63,937 nt of DNA, filler included, from Hausera hauseri (GCA_046269625.1; 13 parts of 13 records of this genome joined end to end with filler, not necessarily neighbours in it), one strand, 5' to 3'. Shown: positions 48,057 to 60,095, numbered from the whole stretch's first letter. Notes: a model not told the origin generated them from the letters alone. Numbers and translations: made by a program.

Positions 48057-49892
48057 ATGATTAAACTAACAACACTTATGATGTTAATAAGACAACTCGG
48101 TGCAATCACGGTATATGACTATGATAAGTTTAAAATAGGTCAGACATATTTCCTGATGGATCTGGAGTTGTGTGAGGATGCCAGACTCCACAAGTTAGTA
48201 ACCATTGAGAAAAAGTACTTCTTGTACCAGCAACGCGAACTGATCGCAATAGATGGGATAGAGTGTATGTTACGACGATCGCGAAGCATTTTCCACTGTG
48301 CAAATATGCACGGACATTTGTCAGTCGTAAAACCAACGACACCGCTAATTCCTATGGATTTAGATCGACAACAATGCAAACAAGCCAAGGAAACAGGAAG
48401 ATTGAGATGGTATGGGATGGAATTAGAAGCCCAACCAGGAAAGATAATTCGAGTGTACAAAGTAGCAATTGGGAAACTAGACATGCACACCGAATACTGT
48501 AAAGGTGGTAAATACTATACGGGAAAAGGTAGAGAAGAAGGAATAGTAGTGGTCGATTTCTATGAGACAGAGATGAGTAACCAAAAGATGATGTTCAATA
48601 GTGTCACAAAAACATATACCAAAAATCAGAAGTGTCACATCCAAGATGGTGCCTGTACCTTCAGGGACTCGATAGTCATTTGGACTCCACCACCTATGAA
48701 CGATTGTAACTTTATTAAAACAAAAGAATTAAACTTTAACGAAACCATAGGAAAAAGATATGTGGATAGAAGCGACAACAATGCTAGGACCAGAAAAGAC
48801 GTGGCTGTGCAATCTACCTCCACAATATTAATATCCGAGGACCGTAGATTAAAGTTCATTAAGAAGCAAATGCTTTCAGATGTAATGTAATAATGTACTT
48901 TACCAATTACAAAGCATTCTTCGTAGTAGAAGCAGCAATAAGTATTTCTGCTTTGAAAATACAAGATGTGAGAATAGAAGATTATTTAAAGAATAGAGAT
49001 GATTTTTTCTATTACAAAGCACAAATCGCACTAGCAGAATTATATCACAAGATGATCGCAAATGATTGTAAAGTGGATATGAAAATTATGAGAACCAAAC
49101 TAGCCTTAATCTATGCGAATCCAGAACCTAGCATCGCCCGTAATCCCAATGAAAGAAGGCATTTTTGGAAGAGTCACCGGAGAAGTCCTGTTGACCTACG
49201 AATTCGAAAAACGAGATGTATCCCTAAACGTGAAGGAAAAACGTTGTATCCAAGAATTGCCAATCATATATCAAAACGTACTCCCATTGGCTATGCCACT
49301 TACAAGAGTTTTGCTAGGAAACTCAACACAGCCAACAGTTTTGAAAAAATGTAAAGCAGGTTTAGGGGAACCTGTATTTAAGAGAAGTGAGACAGATTGG
49401 GTAAGTCTGCCAAATGGAGGAATAATAGCTACTCCTGGCAAATTAACTGGAACATATCTACTAAGGGAAATAACAGACGATAAGTTCGCTGACACGGCGA
49501 GCAAAGGGATTTACAGACCAAAAGAGATTGAAGCTTTCCGACAATTCCTAGCCGTCCATCGACAGCATACACACGAGCTGAATAGAGCCATGTTAACGGT
49601 GATGGATGACACTCGTTATCAAGCAAAATGGGAATCCCTACTTGGCGTTAATCATTATCAAAGAGTTACTACAAAGATATTACATAAAATTTCGGAAAGA
49701 TTTCTAATTTTCGGACAAGCTATATCAGGATTTTTAGCCATCAACTTTTTGGTACAACGCGTAAAGACTATAATTCAATCTATCATAAATGGCTATGAAA
49801 TATTTACTCTAACCGGATTTTCGTGCAAAATTCTGACCGCAATCATAACACCGTTCGGAAAATTTCTAAAGGCCTACGAAGAGAACAAATGA
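48057..49892 (+). pseudogene. env: Env-like fusion glycoprotein, chuvirus/Monjiviricetes (class III)-like
   Basis: Signal-like MIKLTTLMMLIRQLGA followed by ITVYD; ECMLRRSRSIFHCANMHGHLSVV; CHIQDGAC...IWTPP; GRVTGEV; CIQELPI; PLTRVL; SKGIYRPKEI; C-terminal hydrophobic helices FLIFGQAISGFLAINFL. The Cys and motif order recalls chuviral G. Confidence 0.85.
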
Positions 49893-50432
49893 AAAAGCGA
49901 CGTGGATAGACACGTTCGTTATTATAATCGGAAACGAAAGAGAAAACCTATATTTTTTATAGGAGAAAGAAATACAAAATTTCGAAAATACGATTCAGAT
50001 GATGATGAGCCTAAGAGAGGAGACGCAGCCTCCAAGGTAAGCAGTCGTAAGACGCTTAGGCCGCCTTTACTAATGCTGCCCCCTTCGGCACCGCAATACG
50101 AAGACAGCGATAAGAGATCTATTAACTCCTATAGTTCGGAAATTTATTGAAAGCCTTTCAATTATGAAGATCCATATGAAGTGACAAAGCAGTATGACAT
50201 GTTACGGAAAATGTAACGAGCCAGCGAAAAATCCGAATTATGCCGCCAGCCGGACGATGATCGCAAGGTAATATACTCCCCAAGGATCCCACGGAACATA
50301 TAAACCAAATCATTAATTTGGGATAATCCACGCATGCAATCCTTCCATAGCCAAGACAACCGAGAACCGCTAATCAATACGCCGGATCGAGACAACGAAA
50401 ACAGTGTAAATAACGGATTGTATCCCATTGAG
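49893..50432 (+). pseudogene. Post-env hydrophilic linker continuing in the env frame to the contig end
   Basis: Same frame as 49113-49892 with sporadic stops. It ends NNGLYPIE, like HGGMYPMY just before the protease in the 55308-59837 element. No PPT or LTR is visible. Confidence 0.6.
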
Positions 50433-50532
50433 NNNNNNNNNNNNNNNNNNNNNNNNNNNNNNNNNNNNNNNNNNNNTTAATTAATTAANNNNNNNNNNNN
50501 NNNNNNNNNNNNNNNNNNNNNNNNNNNNNNNN

Positions 50533-50720
50533 TGAGAAGGGTTTTTGCATCCCAAGAAGGACTATAGAGGAGGGTAGATGAGCTTTCCTACTGTCCAGGT
50601 GGTGTCTTGGAGATGGAATGAGGTCCTCCAGGTGGTAGTACAATCCATGGCCTCCTAGAAGTGATCCAGCACTCAACTGGGAACTATCCCAAGCCTCTGC
50701 CCGTTAGTCAGCAGGCTTCC
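50533..50720. repeat. Interspersed repeat, copy 2 (see 1845-2030)
   Basis: Collinear similarity to 1845-2030. Confidence 0.8.
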
Positions 50721-51842
50721 ATACCGCTGTCTGGAGACAAGGCTTGAACACAGGCAGAGTATATTGTCTATGGTTCATCAGCCCTGACATTGTGTATCAG
50801 GGCCCACTATCTCATGTTGACTTTCAAACAATGGAAGGAAAACTTACTGCCCAACAGGGAAGCACTGGCTGGTTATCTACCTCCTTGACTGCATTTATTA
50901 TTAAGCATGTGAATCAAAGAATGCTTACATTTGATTTACCATCTACATTTGTTCAACATGACTTTCCATTCTTTACTTGCGCATTAGGTTTTTTTTAACG
51001 AGCATAATAGATTGTGTAATAGGAATAAGGTGTATGCTCATGACGAGAACTCTGTATATTGCTAGTACTACTGTGTTCAGAAGGATGGTTATTGCGCGAG
51101 ACAGGAAGGGCAAAACATAAGACAGGCCTATGTGCCTAATTCTCAACAGTCTGAAAATAAAGTTTGTGAACAATCGTCCTGTCACACAGAAACATGGACC
51201 TTTGTCCTTAAAAGTTGAATAGAACAGGTAAGAGAGATCACAGGGTTGAGTTCATCATGTGAAACTAACACTGCTGCTAACAGTTTATTATGAGTATAGT
51301 CGAAGAACGTTAGAAGGAATTGCGATATAACCAAACCAGCGACCAGATTTTGTTTGGTCTAATGTGTTTGGTATGGTGATTAAATACTGTATAAAGACAC
51401 AGTGACTTACTGACGATGGGGCTGGTTGTGTCGGATCTAGAAGATGCTGCATGGCCTTGTAGAGAATGGGGTGAGCCCCTGTGTACAGTGAATCCCCTGA
51501 CTGAGAAAGATGTAGATTGTCGCCACCACTATGGAGGTCCACTGACTGAATGTGAACCAGCGAGTTGTCGCCTCTTCGTTCATATACATTCAGAGCACCG
51601 ATGAACGGTAGGTTCGTATATAGGTACCTGAAATAATTTGCGGTGTGTGGAGAAACCATTAAAATATTAACGGTTCCGAAAATACATAATTCGTAACAGC
51701 TGAGGTGACTACGGTATTTAAAACAAAAGTGGGAAATAATAATTTTTACACTTAGAACTCGCAAATGATTACAAAGCATTATTAAATATGTATATATGTA
51801 AATAGTAAAAAATTGATTTCAGAATTGATCAAAATAAACACA

Positions 51843-52636
51843 TTGTTTTTAACATCTGACGCTCAAATGGTAATATTTTAGTCAATATCGATTTTTGCTA
51901 TCATCTGGTCTCCATACCTTTAAGCTAAAATTTGCAGTTGTATTTTCAAAAGTTAACAATCCCTCTTGAATGCTGCTTGGTGCAATAGATAGACCTTTGG
52001 AAATTTTGAATTCAATTTTACAAGATTTCTATTCATTGGTCAACACTTGCTCCCTCAATAATCTTATGAAATTTTTTACATCATTACTGAAATCATTTTC
52101 GATTAAAATATTCATAGACTGCAAAGTGATTCGGTTTTTTGATTTTTACGTTTCAAAGCTGTCTTGATCGCATTCGATTAGGTTTAGAAGTTCCTTTGAA
52201 ATATCTGATTTTAAATCTGATTTTTCATAAGGTCTAGGCCTAATTTGACTGAGTTTAATGCTGCTATGTCAGATTCATCATTACTTTCAATATTTAACAA
52301 TTCTATAACAACTGATAAACTCTAGATTTAATGAGTTCAATTGGGAAAATTCTTTGGGGTTAATAAGAAAAAGATTTGTAACATCCTCAAACTTCAGATT
52401 TAGCATTTTAGAATCTTCGGACACCACTGATGTAGTACCAATGAGTTGAAATCTTGTAAAACTGAATTCAAAATTTCCAACGATCTATCTATTGCGCCAA
52501 AAAGCATTCAAGATGGATTGATATATTTTCAAATTACAGCTCAAAATTTTAGCTTAAAGGTATCAAGACCAGATTCTAGCAGAAAATCGACATTTTCTAC
52601 TATATCCGCATTTGAGCATCAAATGTTAAAAACATT
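51843..52636. repeat. Diverged inverted duplication of a coding-like segment (51843-52040 vs 52437-52636)
   Basis: Minus arm TNE*KSCKIEFKISKGLSIAPSSIQEGLLTFENTTANFSLKVWRPD; plus arm TNELKSCKTEFKISNDLSIAPKSIQDGLIYFQITAQNFSLKVSRPD. Confidence 0.88.
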
Positions 52637-52777
52637 AAAACATTCCAAAGATGTGATGACAGTTGTACAGAGTTTGTTCACAGATTTCGTTGTGAGTAAT
52701 TTGTTTGTCAATCAAAATGATTTACTCGCCATCGCACATGTCGGTAGAACTGAAGTTATAAAAAGTGGAATGCATTA

Positions 52778-55207
52778 ATGGAACTGGAAGAAGGAAAACA
52801 GTTGATACAATTGCTTAGCCAATGTTCTATTGATATTGCCGATATAGATGACATATTGCGATTCTGTACAATCATGATGGTCGCTGGATACAGGTGTTTG
52901 TTAGACTTTCTCTACGCCAATGACATTTTCAGAGCCCCTTGCCTTTGAAATAGTGCGGCTTATTGGTAAATTTGTGTTTTCCGTCGACAATTTGTTCCAG
53001 TCTCAATATGAAAAAGCCCGTCGGTCGTTGGCATCGTTATACGTGTTGGCGTTCCGCAGATGTACCATCAGATGTGAACTGATCAGTCTACTAGCTTAAT
53101 TGGTATCATTCATCAATATCCTATTCTCCACCAGTGCTATTGACCGTCAACTTGGTCTTTTACTATTCTCGAGACTGTCCATTCAGCTAACAGACAACGA
53201 ATCACACACACATGGAATTTGGTCAAGACCCATTGGAACTATTAACAGCTTTGCACGCCTGTGTTTTATTCATTGGGCAGATGACATTACCAACTGATGA
53301 CCAAACTAGTTGACTGACTAATGACAAGTTTATTCGGTAAATATGGGGTGCTTTGCTTCGAACCATTTCACACCACGTTACCGACAGTAGTACCCTTGGA
53401 TTCATCGACGTCCGTCAGAAACTACTTCAGCTATTCTTATTTATCTTTCATGGAGTGAGTTCCATCAGTGCTAAAACGGAAATCGTCGTTGGCGTTCTCG
53501 ATTGCGTTGAAACTTACTGCAGTTCTGGTCCACCCAATTAGGCACTGCTAATTGTCACATTTCTTCGTGATCAACTATTTCATGCATCACTTCTACGAAC
53601 AATCTGTGTTATTGCCAGATCAGTTACAACACAATTTGCTAATGCATAATTTTCCCGATGTGCCATCACCATTGCTCGACCTAAAACCTGTCATTTATGC
53701 GGAAATGCAAATTATCAACGGACAAACTACCACTGTATACTACTACATTGTTACTCCTTGGCTTGTAAACAAAAATTGTCTGCCCGGTGGCAATATGGAT
53801 TTCATCATGTCGAAACACACCATTAACCGAAATGACTATGATGAGGTATCCACTCGAATTCTTGATGCTGTCAGATTTGTGATTGAAAACAAAGACAAAC
53901 TTAACTTATGTGAACAAGATTTAGAGAGTGGGCATTTTGCTATTTCATTTTTCGGTTATCTATCTTGGAGACTTTTGGATGCAGTTTTTCCACCTGCACG
54001 ATACCTTGCTAGCGAAACTGACTCGGCGTTCACCGATCCCATTCGTTTTATCTACATTTTCAAATTGCTAAAATGTAAATAGTCAAGTTCAGCACAGTTC
54101 ATCAGTATCAAAATTGCAAAGTTCTTTCAACAGCTCTACTTCTTTGACCGTTTTTCAAGTCGAATTACTGATATCTGCTTGATATACTATGTGGAGAAGG
54201 ATCAAAAGCAGTTTACAGACATTCTTACGAACAATCATGATTGGCTAAATATGATTACGGAGTTTCTGGCGACTTTGTTAACGTTGGAATGGTTTGTTGA
54301 AGTTGCTGTTCATCCTCGTTGGAGAGGAAGTGTTAAAACAAGCGTCCGTATCAACTTAGAAAATTTACTTCACCGTAAATATTTGACGTTTATATTATTT
54401 TCTTGCATCATATGTTTGTACCTTCTGTTTCAATTGTGTCGGAGGATTCGGTTGCCTTGGTGATACATTTAATCCGCCTATTGCTATATGTAGCTGAAGT
54501 TCAGGAAGGCGGGGAAGAATCATCTGAATATTATCACACAATATTCCAGATAATCAGTATAAAGTGAATAATGCTTGTAGCAATTTGTGTTACAGAGTTG
54601 ATTTGTATTTCGAAATTCGGGGCAATTCTACGGATAATGATTTTGCCAAAGCAAAAAGTGAACTGCAAAAACGTCAACGACATTTGTATGTTGAATTCAA
54701 GGGAATAAACCCAATGATCCCGGGCTCTACAGATAATCTGGACTCAGGATTTAAAAAACGGTCGGATAATTTGTTATCTTTCTGTTTTGTTATACTTTGT
54801 AAAATCATACCAACCAGAGTACTTAAATCACTACATTTAATATCCCTCAGTAAATTCGGCTGTTTATTTGTTGGACTTATGAACAAGGGACTGAAACCAA
54901 AAAGGTACTTGCCAAACTAACTAACATACAAACAAAAAGAATTGACTTATCGTTTTCCGAACCAACTGATCGAATGTTCCAGGTCATATCCAAATCCAAT
55001 GTTCTTGATACCACCCTGATTGGGCAGATCAGCCATTACAACGCAGGGATTTTGGGCGCGCCCGTGTCTTATGCACCATATTGCACACCCGATTTATCTG
55101 ACAATTTCGTCCCACTTGTCTTGTTATTCGAAAATAAGAATACACACCTATTACATTCTCAAATCAGCAACAATTACAAGTTTGTCAGGCATGTTACAAC
55201 GACAAAC
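52778..55207 (+). pseudogene. Long decayed, mostly intronless ORF for a Leu-rich helical (possibly HEAT/ARM-like) protein
   Basis: Starts MELEEGKQLIQLLSQC and continues as successive plus-strand ORFs (53100, 53353, 53552, 54179, 54564, 54974) separated by single stops or frameshifts. Confidence 0.5.
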
Positions 55208-55313
55208 NNNNNNNNNNNNNNNNNNNNNNNNNNNNNNNNNNNNNNNNNNNNTTAATTAATTAANNNNNNNNNNNNNNNNNNNNNNNNNNNNNNNNNNNNN
55301 NNNNNNNTTTTAT

Positions 55314-55745
55314 TTATTTCGAGCTTATTAGGAACTCGTATGTATTTATTAAATTTAGTGTATAAACTGTGATAGTGATCTCCTTTTTTATGAGCGTAAG
55401 GTATACCACATGAGTCTCAGAGTTCTCTAATAGACATTGCGTTTCGTTTGTCGATAGATGAAGTATGCAATCATACTGTCGCTCGTTAGGGTTCCTCTTA
55501 TAGTCGTTCAACGGGATTATTTGTATTCCTATCATATATTCAACAGGTATTCGTTTCGTAGCATACCAAACTGCACTTTTCTGACCTCTCATGGAATATG
55601 TTATGTGATATTTTAAGCTTTTCAACAGTAGATCCTCGTTTATAGCCGTTGCATGTCGTATCTTGGCTTGTTCGATTTCTTGGTTCGTTAATTGACTCAG
55701 GACTTGTGGCATTAGCATTAGTATTATCAGGAGGAAGTACTTCAT
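55314..55745 (-). CDS. Signal-peptide-bearing domain in frame after the integrase
   Basis: MKYFLLIILMLMPQVLS-QLT... begins at codon 83 of ORF 55314-55991, whose start contains the integrase GPY/F motif (YKGPYEV...VHVNRCK). Confidence 0.65.
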   Translation of the reverse strand: MKYFLLIILMLMPQVLSQLTNQEIEQAKIRHATAINEDLLLKSLKYHITYSMRGQKSAVWYATKRIPVEYMIGIQIIPLNDYKRNPNERQYDCILHLSTNETQCLLENSETHVVYLTLIKKEITITVYTLNLINTYEFLISSK

Positions 55746-55829
55746 TTCATATGATTTATAATTTGGCTCTTTTGTGATTGTTTTATCATTAAAACTTCTT
55801 ACTACATATTGCCTAAGTTTACTTTCTTT

Positions 55830-58800
55830 GGCTGCTGTCTTACATCTATTAACATGAACTTTAAATATGGTGTTATTCTTTTTTAGGTAGAGATTAGGGA
55901 AGTCTACTTTTTCTACTTCGTATGGTCCTTTGTATGACCTATCTAGCTTGGACGTTTTTCCTTTCTTATTTAATAGTATATGCAACATCATCTTATCTCA
56001 TACTTTGATCTTAGGTTGTTTTGTCTTCATCATAATACCTTTTTATAGGTCATTTTAGTCTTTTTGGTTGTACTTTACTATTTTATAGGCTAATTGTAAA
56101 CGTTCTTGCATTAATAGTTTATATTCTTCTACCTCCATTAGGTGAGACGTGAGATTCACGTTAAAATCCAAATCAATAGGTAGTCTGGCAACTCGTAGAT
56201 ACATTAGATAAAACAGTGTTTCCTTTGTAGCTTCGTGTACGGATGTTCGATTTACAAATACTCAAGCGTTGATGTATTCGGCCCAGTCATCCTGTCGGGA
56301 GCTAACAACTGTTTGTAGCTTATATTTTAAATCGCCAATGTATCTTTCAACCATTCCATTGTTTTCTGGGTGTCCTGGTGTTGAAGGTAGCTTCAAGATC
56401 CGCATCATATCATATACCGCTTGCATTACATTGCCAGTTAAGTTAGACGCTTGGTCCGTTAATAAGATTCTTGGGGCTCCGTAGTTGAATATTATGTTTT
56501 CTACGAATTTCTCGGCGATTGTGTCTGCCTTCTCGAACGGAGCTGGTGGATTATACCATACTTTGAGGGGAGCTTTGAATTTTGATCCCGTGTTTTTACG
56601 AGTGGCGCAAATTTTACAACTATCACATCATTCTTGTACGTCCTTTACTAAGGTGGGCCAAAAATATTTCCTTTTTAATTTGGTTGTCGTTTTTCTTGCT
56701 GACTGGTGATCGCCCAATAGTCCGTCATGGTATTGTGTTAACAGAACGGTTCTATTTTTCTCCGGTATTACTAAAGTTGGTCCATTTTGATAAATATAGT
56801 ACAAAAATCCATCCTTTTCTTCATACGTTTCACTGAATCGAGCCAAATGTCCAGCTAACTTTTTATTTTATGGTAACATTTTGTTTTGTATATAATTTCT
56901 AATCGCTTTTATCTCTGTATCTTCTTGTTGATTGTTCTATTTTTTCTATGGACCCATCCATGCTCCACACTGCGGCGACTACTTCTCTTCTTGTCTTTGG
57001 TGCTTCAGGCATTCTTGACAAATAATCTGCATTCACATTCCGTGTTCCCGGATTAAAATGAAAATTTAACGTATAAGGTTGTAACTTAAGAGCCCATCGT
57101 AACAATCGGCTATTTGGATTTTCGTGTTGCTTCAACCATTGTAAAAGTCGATGATCTGTATATACCAATAGTGGTTTGTTCTCACTGATATATGGTGAGA
57201 ATAATTCCAGTGCTAATATTACGGCTAATTCTTTTTCAATAACTACGTAGTTCCTTTAATGTTTATTTAATTTCCTAGAGGCATAAGCTACTGGATGTTC
57301 TTTCCCATCTTCGCCTTATTGGGAAAGGACTGCTTCTACTCCGTAGTCACCTGCGTCAGTTGCCAGTATAAATGGTTGTCATATCTGGGTAAATTAAGAT
57401 CGGGGCGTTCAGTAGTCTCCCTTTTAATTCTTCAAAAGCTTTTTGGCAGTTACATGTCCATATCACTTTTTCCAAATCTTCACGTAGTAGTTCGTATAAG
57501 GGTTTGGCTATCTTGCTAAAATCTTTTATGAATCCGGTAATAATTTGCCAGTCCTAAGAATCGACGTAATTCTTGGACTGTAGTTGGTTTTGGGAAATCT
57601 TTAATCTTTCCTAACAGTTTATCTTGTGGTTTCACACCGTACCTATCGATTCGATGTCCAAGGAAATCGACTTCCGTTCGGGCGAATGGACATTTCTTTG
57701 GGTTTATCCTTAGACCCATTATTTCACATCTATCAAAGAGGTCTTGCAAATCTTTCAAATGTTGAAAATCCGATGATGCTATTATTACGTTATCAATATA
57801 GACCATGGCATGAGGTGCGTCTAAAAGTAGTAACTCAGTTCCTCTTTGAAAAGTTGGTGGTCCATTCTTTAATCCAAACGGCATTCTCTTAAATTCCCAC
57901 AATTCTTCGCCTATCGAAAAGGCTGTTTTGGATTTATCTTCCCTTACTTCCTCTTGCCAGTATCCTTTTTGTAAGTCTATGGTTGTGAATATCGTTGATC
58001 CATGCAATTTGTCTAATATTTCATCGATTCTTGGTAGCGGGTAGGTATCCGTCTCGGTTATTTCATTCAAAGCTCTGTAATCTATGCAGAATCTCATGGC
58101 TCCGTCTTTCTTGACCATTACTACGGGTGCTGTCCATGGAGAGCAACTTGATCTAATTATCTTATTTTCTCTCATTTCTTCTATGATTTTCTGAGCTTCC
58201 TGCTTTTTATCATAGGCAAGACGATATAGTCGTATTTTATCGGTTTATCTTGCCCTTCCTTCAACTTAATAGAATGTTGTATGACCTTCATCGTTCCTAG
58301 ATCGTAATCATTTTAAGCAAATCGTTCGTTATTCGTCTCTAATAATTGAATTAACATTCTTCTCTCATCCTTATTTAGTATTTTGCAGTCTCCTAATTTT
58401 TCATCCCAATTAATATTAGTGACTTTCTTGTTTCCCTTACCTTTATTTGTTTCTTTTTTCAATTTCTCCTTCATCATCTTTTCTATCTTACCTACATCTG
58501 ATATCACTGAATTAGGTTCTTCTTTTAGTGTTTCTTCGATCTCCGTTACTTGTCCCAATCTTGTATTTTTTCTCAATCGTTTTTCCTTCTTTCCAGTGTT
58601 ACAAATTCGTAGATGAATCTTTCCATTTCTCACTTTATCTACGTGTGGAGCGATAATGATATCGTATTTCTCCATTGTTCGCGAGAATGGTTCGAAGTGT
58701 ATATACGTGGTAAGTAGTTTACTTTTTATTCGGCCAGGCACTATTATTTCGGAACATGGAGGGATTGCGACATCCTCTGTTAATGAAATTGATCATTCGT

Positions 58801-59170
58801 ATTGATTTTTACTAAAGGTCTTTAACTGACCCGTCTTCATGTCGATATATGTATTTTCCAATTGATTTAATATATCGCATCCAATTAGTATATCGTTCGT
58901 GAAATTCTTAGCCACTCTAATAGTGTGATTTATTGTTTGATTGCAGATTTTAATTTTCGCGTCTAGGACCATCTTCATTTCCTCTTACATGCCAAATGCT
59001 TCCACATTAATTAATGTTGTGGTAGGTTTTCTTAGCTTCTTTCTTAATTCTTTGGGTAACTGGTCTTCTCCCATAATTGTGGTTGTAGACGCTGTATCCA
59101 ACAAGGCCATTAGTGGATATCCGTTTACTTCTATATCTATCTCTGGCCTTAGAGGTGATTGTGGCTCATT
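55830..59170 (-). mobile_element. pol: Ty3/Gypsy pol: protease, RT, RNase H, integrase; decayed
   Basis: VNGYPLMALLDTAS, ILIGCDIL; SPWTAPVVMVKKDGAMRFCIDYRALN, MPFGLKNGP, VYIDN; LATDA, VYTDH, RLLRWALKLQ; YHDGLLGDH, LTDQASNFTG, GHPENNGMVER, GPY. PR-RT-RH-IN order. Confidence 0.96.
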
Positions 59171-59600
59171 TTTTGTCGCCGTCTTGTACGTGGGCTCACG
59201 GTTGTATGGTGTGAAAATTTCGTCATAATTTCGTTTTATTTGTAGTACTTGATACATAGGATACATCCCTCCATGTCTCAAATATTGAGAAGCTGATGGA
59301 TTCGTCATTACTTGCTCGTTACAGACTCGTCCAAGGTATTCGTCTGCTAGGTCTAATAGCGGTAAGTCCGTTACTAATTGCTGTTTATTTTAGTTTTCAT
59401 GGTTTTAATGAAAGACTTCTCCATCTCCTTATATATTTACCGCCTTTTTGCTTGACATCGGGATCATCATCATTATCGTTTTTTATCGTTTATATTACTA
59501 TACGGGAAATTCCTTTCATTTCTTTCTTTAAACATTTTCTTTTTCCATTGAGCATCGTGTTTCGCTAGAAAACAACTAGCTACAGCCGGTATTACTGCTA

Positions 59601-59837
59601 TCAAAATCTTCCAAGACAACCTACTGCTGCGTGTATTCCATAAGCCTTACTAAGAGCGGTGAATATCGCACTAATAATAAAATATATCGCGAGAAATCCT
59701 GAGGCTGCTTGGCAAAAATACAAGAACTTTCCCCACATCTTTTCCATGATAATCCGTGTAACTTTCTTTAAATAATCTTTTCCCATCAGGTTTTCCCATT
59801 GTGGTGAGCCTTCGCCGTCCCACATTACTCTTCTTGT
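59601..59837 (-). pseudogene. env: C-terminal membrane anchor of a second env copy, directly upstream of the protease
   Basis: QWENLMGKDYLKKVTRIIMEKMWGKFLYFCQAASGFLAIYFI aligns with KWESLLGVNHYQRVTTKILHKISERFLIFGQAISGFLAINFL at about 49626-49750. Confidence 0.85.
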
Positions 59838-59937
59838 NNNNNNNNNNNNNNNNNNNNNNNNNNNNNNNNNNNNNNNNNNNNTTAATTAATTAANNNNNNN
59901 NNNNNNNNNNNNNNNNNNNNNNNNNNNNNNNNNNNNN

Positions 59938-60095
59938 GTGAGATCGGACGTCCGTGTACATTGTCATGCGCGTTAAAAATCTCTTTGCACCCTGTGCACC
60001 GAGCTGAGATCCTCCAACAAATGGATGAACATGACGCACTTCAGGATACATATCCGCTACGAAGATGTTGACTCTTAGACTAAGCTAAACTATTC
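59938..60095 (+). mobile_element. Possible SINE 3' portion
   Basis: ccgtgtac...gcgcgttaaaaatct resembles the Meta/V-type SINE core, with a short repetitive end (ctaagctaaacta). Confidence 0.35.

Noticed and set aside
51000-51610. Cys-rich thrombospondin-like exons
   Set aside because: Cys-rich short frames exist, but I could not build a consistent spliced product or find a diagnostic motif.
43944-59837. Alternative genetic code explaining the many in-frame stops
   Set aside because: All three stop codons occur together with frameshifts, which indicates decay or sequencing error.
43844-59937. Treating contigs 43944-50432 and 55308-59837 as one physical element, or any synteny across spacers
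   Set aside because: They are separate contigs in opposite orientation, and their overlapping env segments are diverged, so they are different copies.
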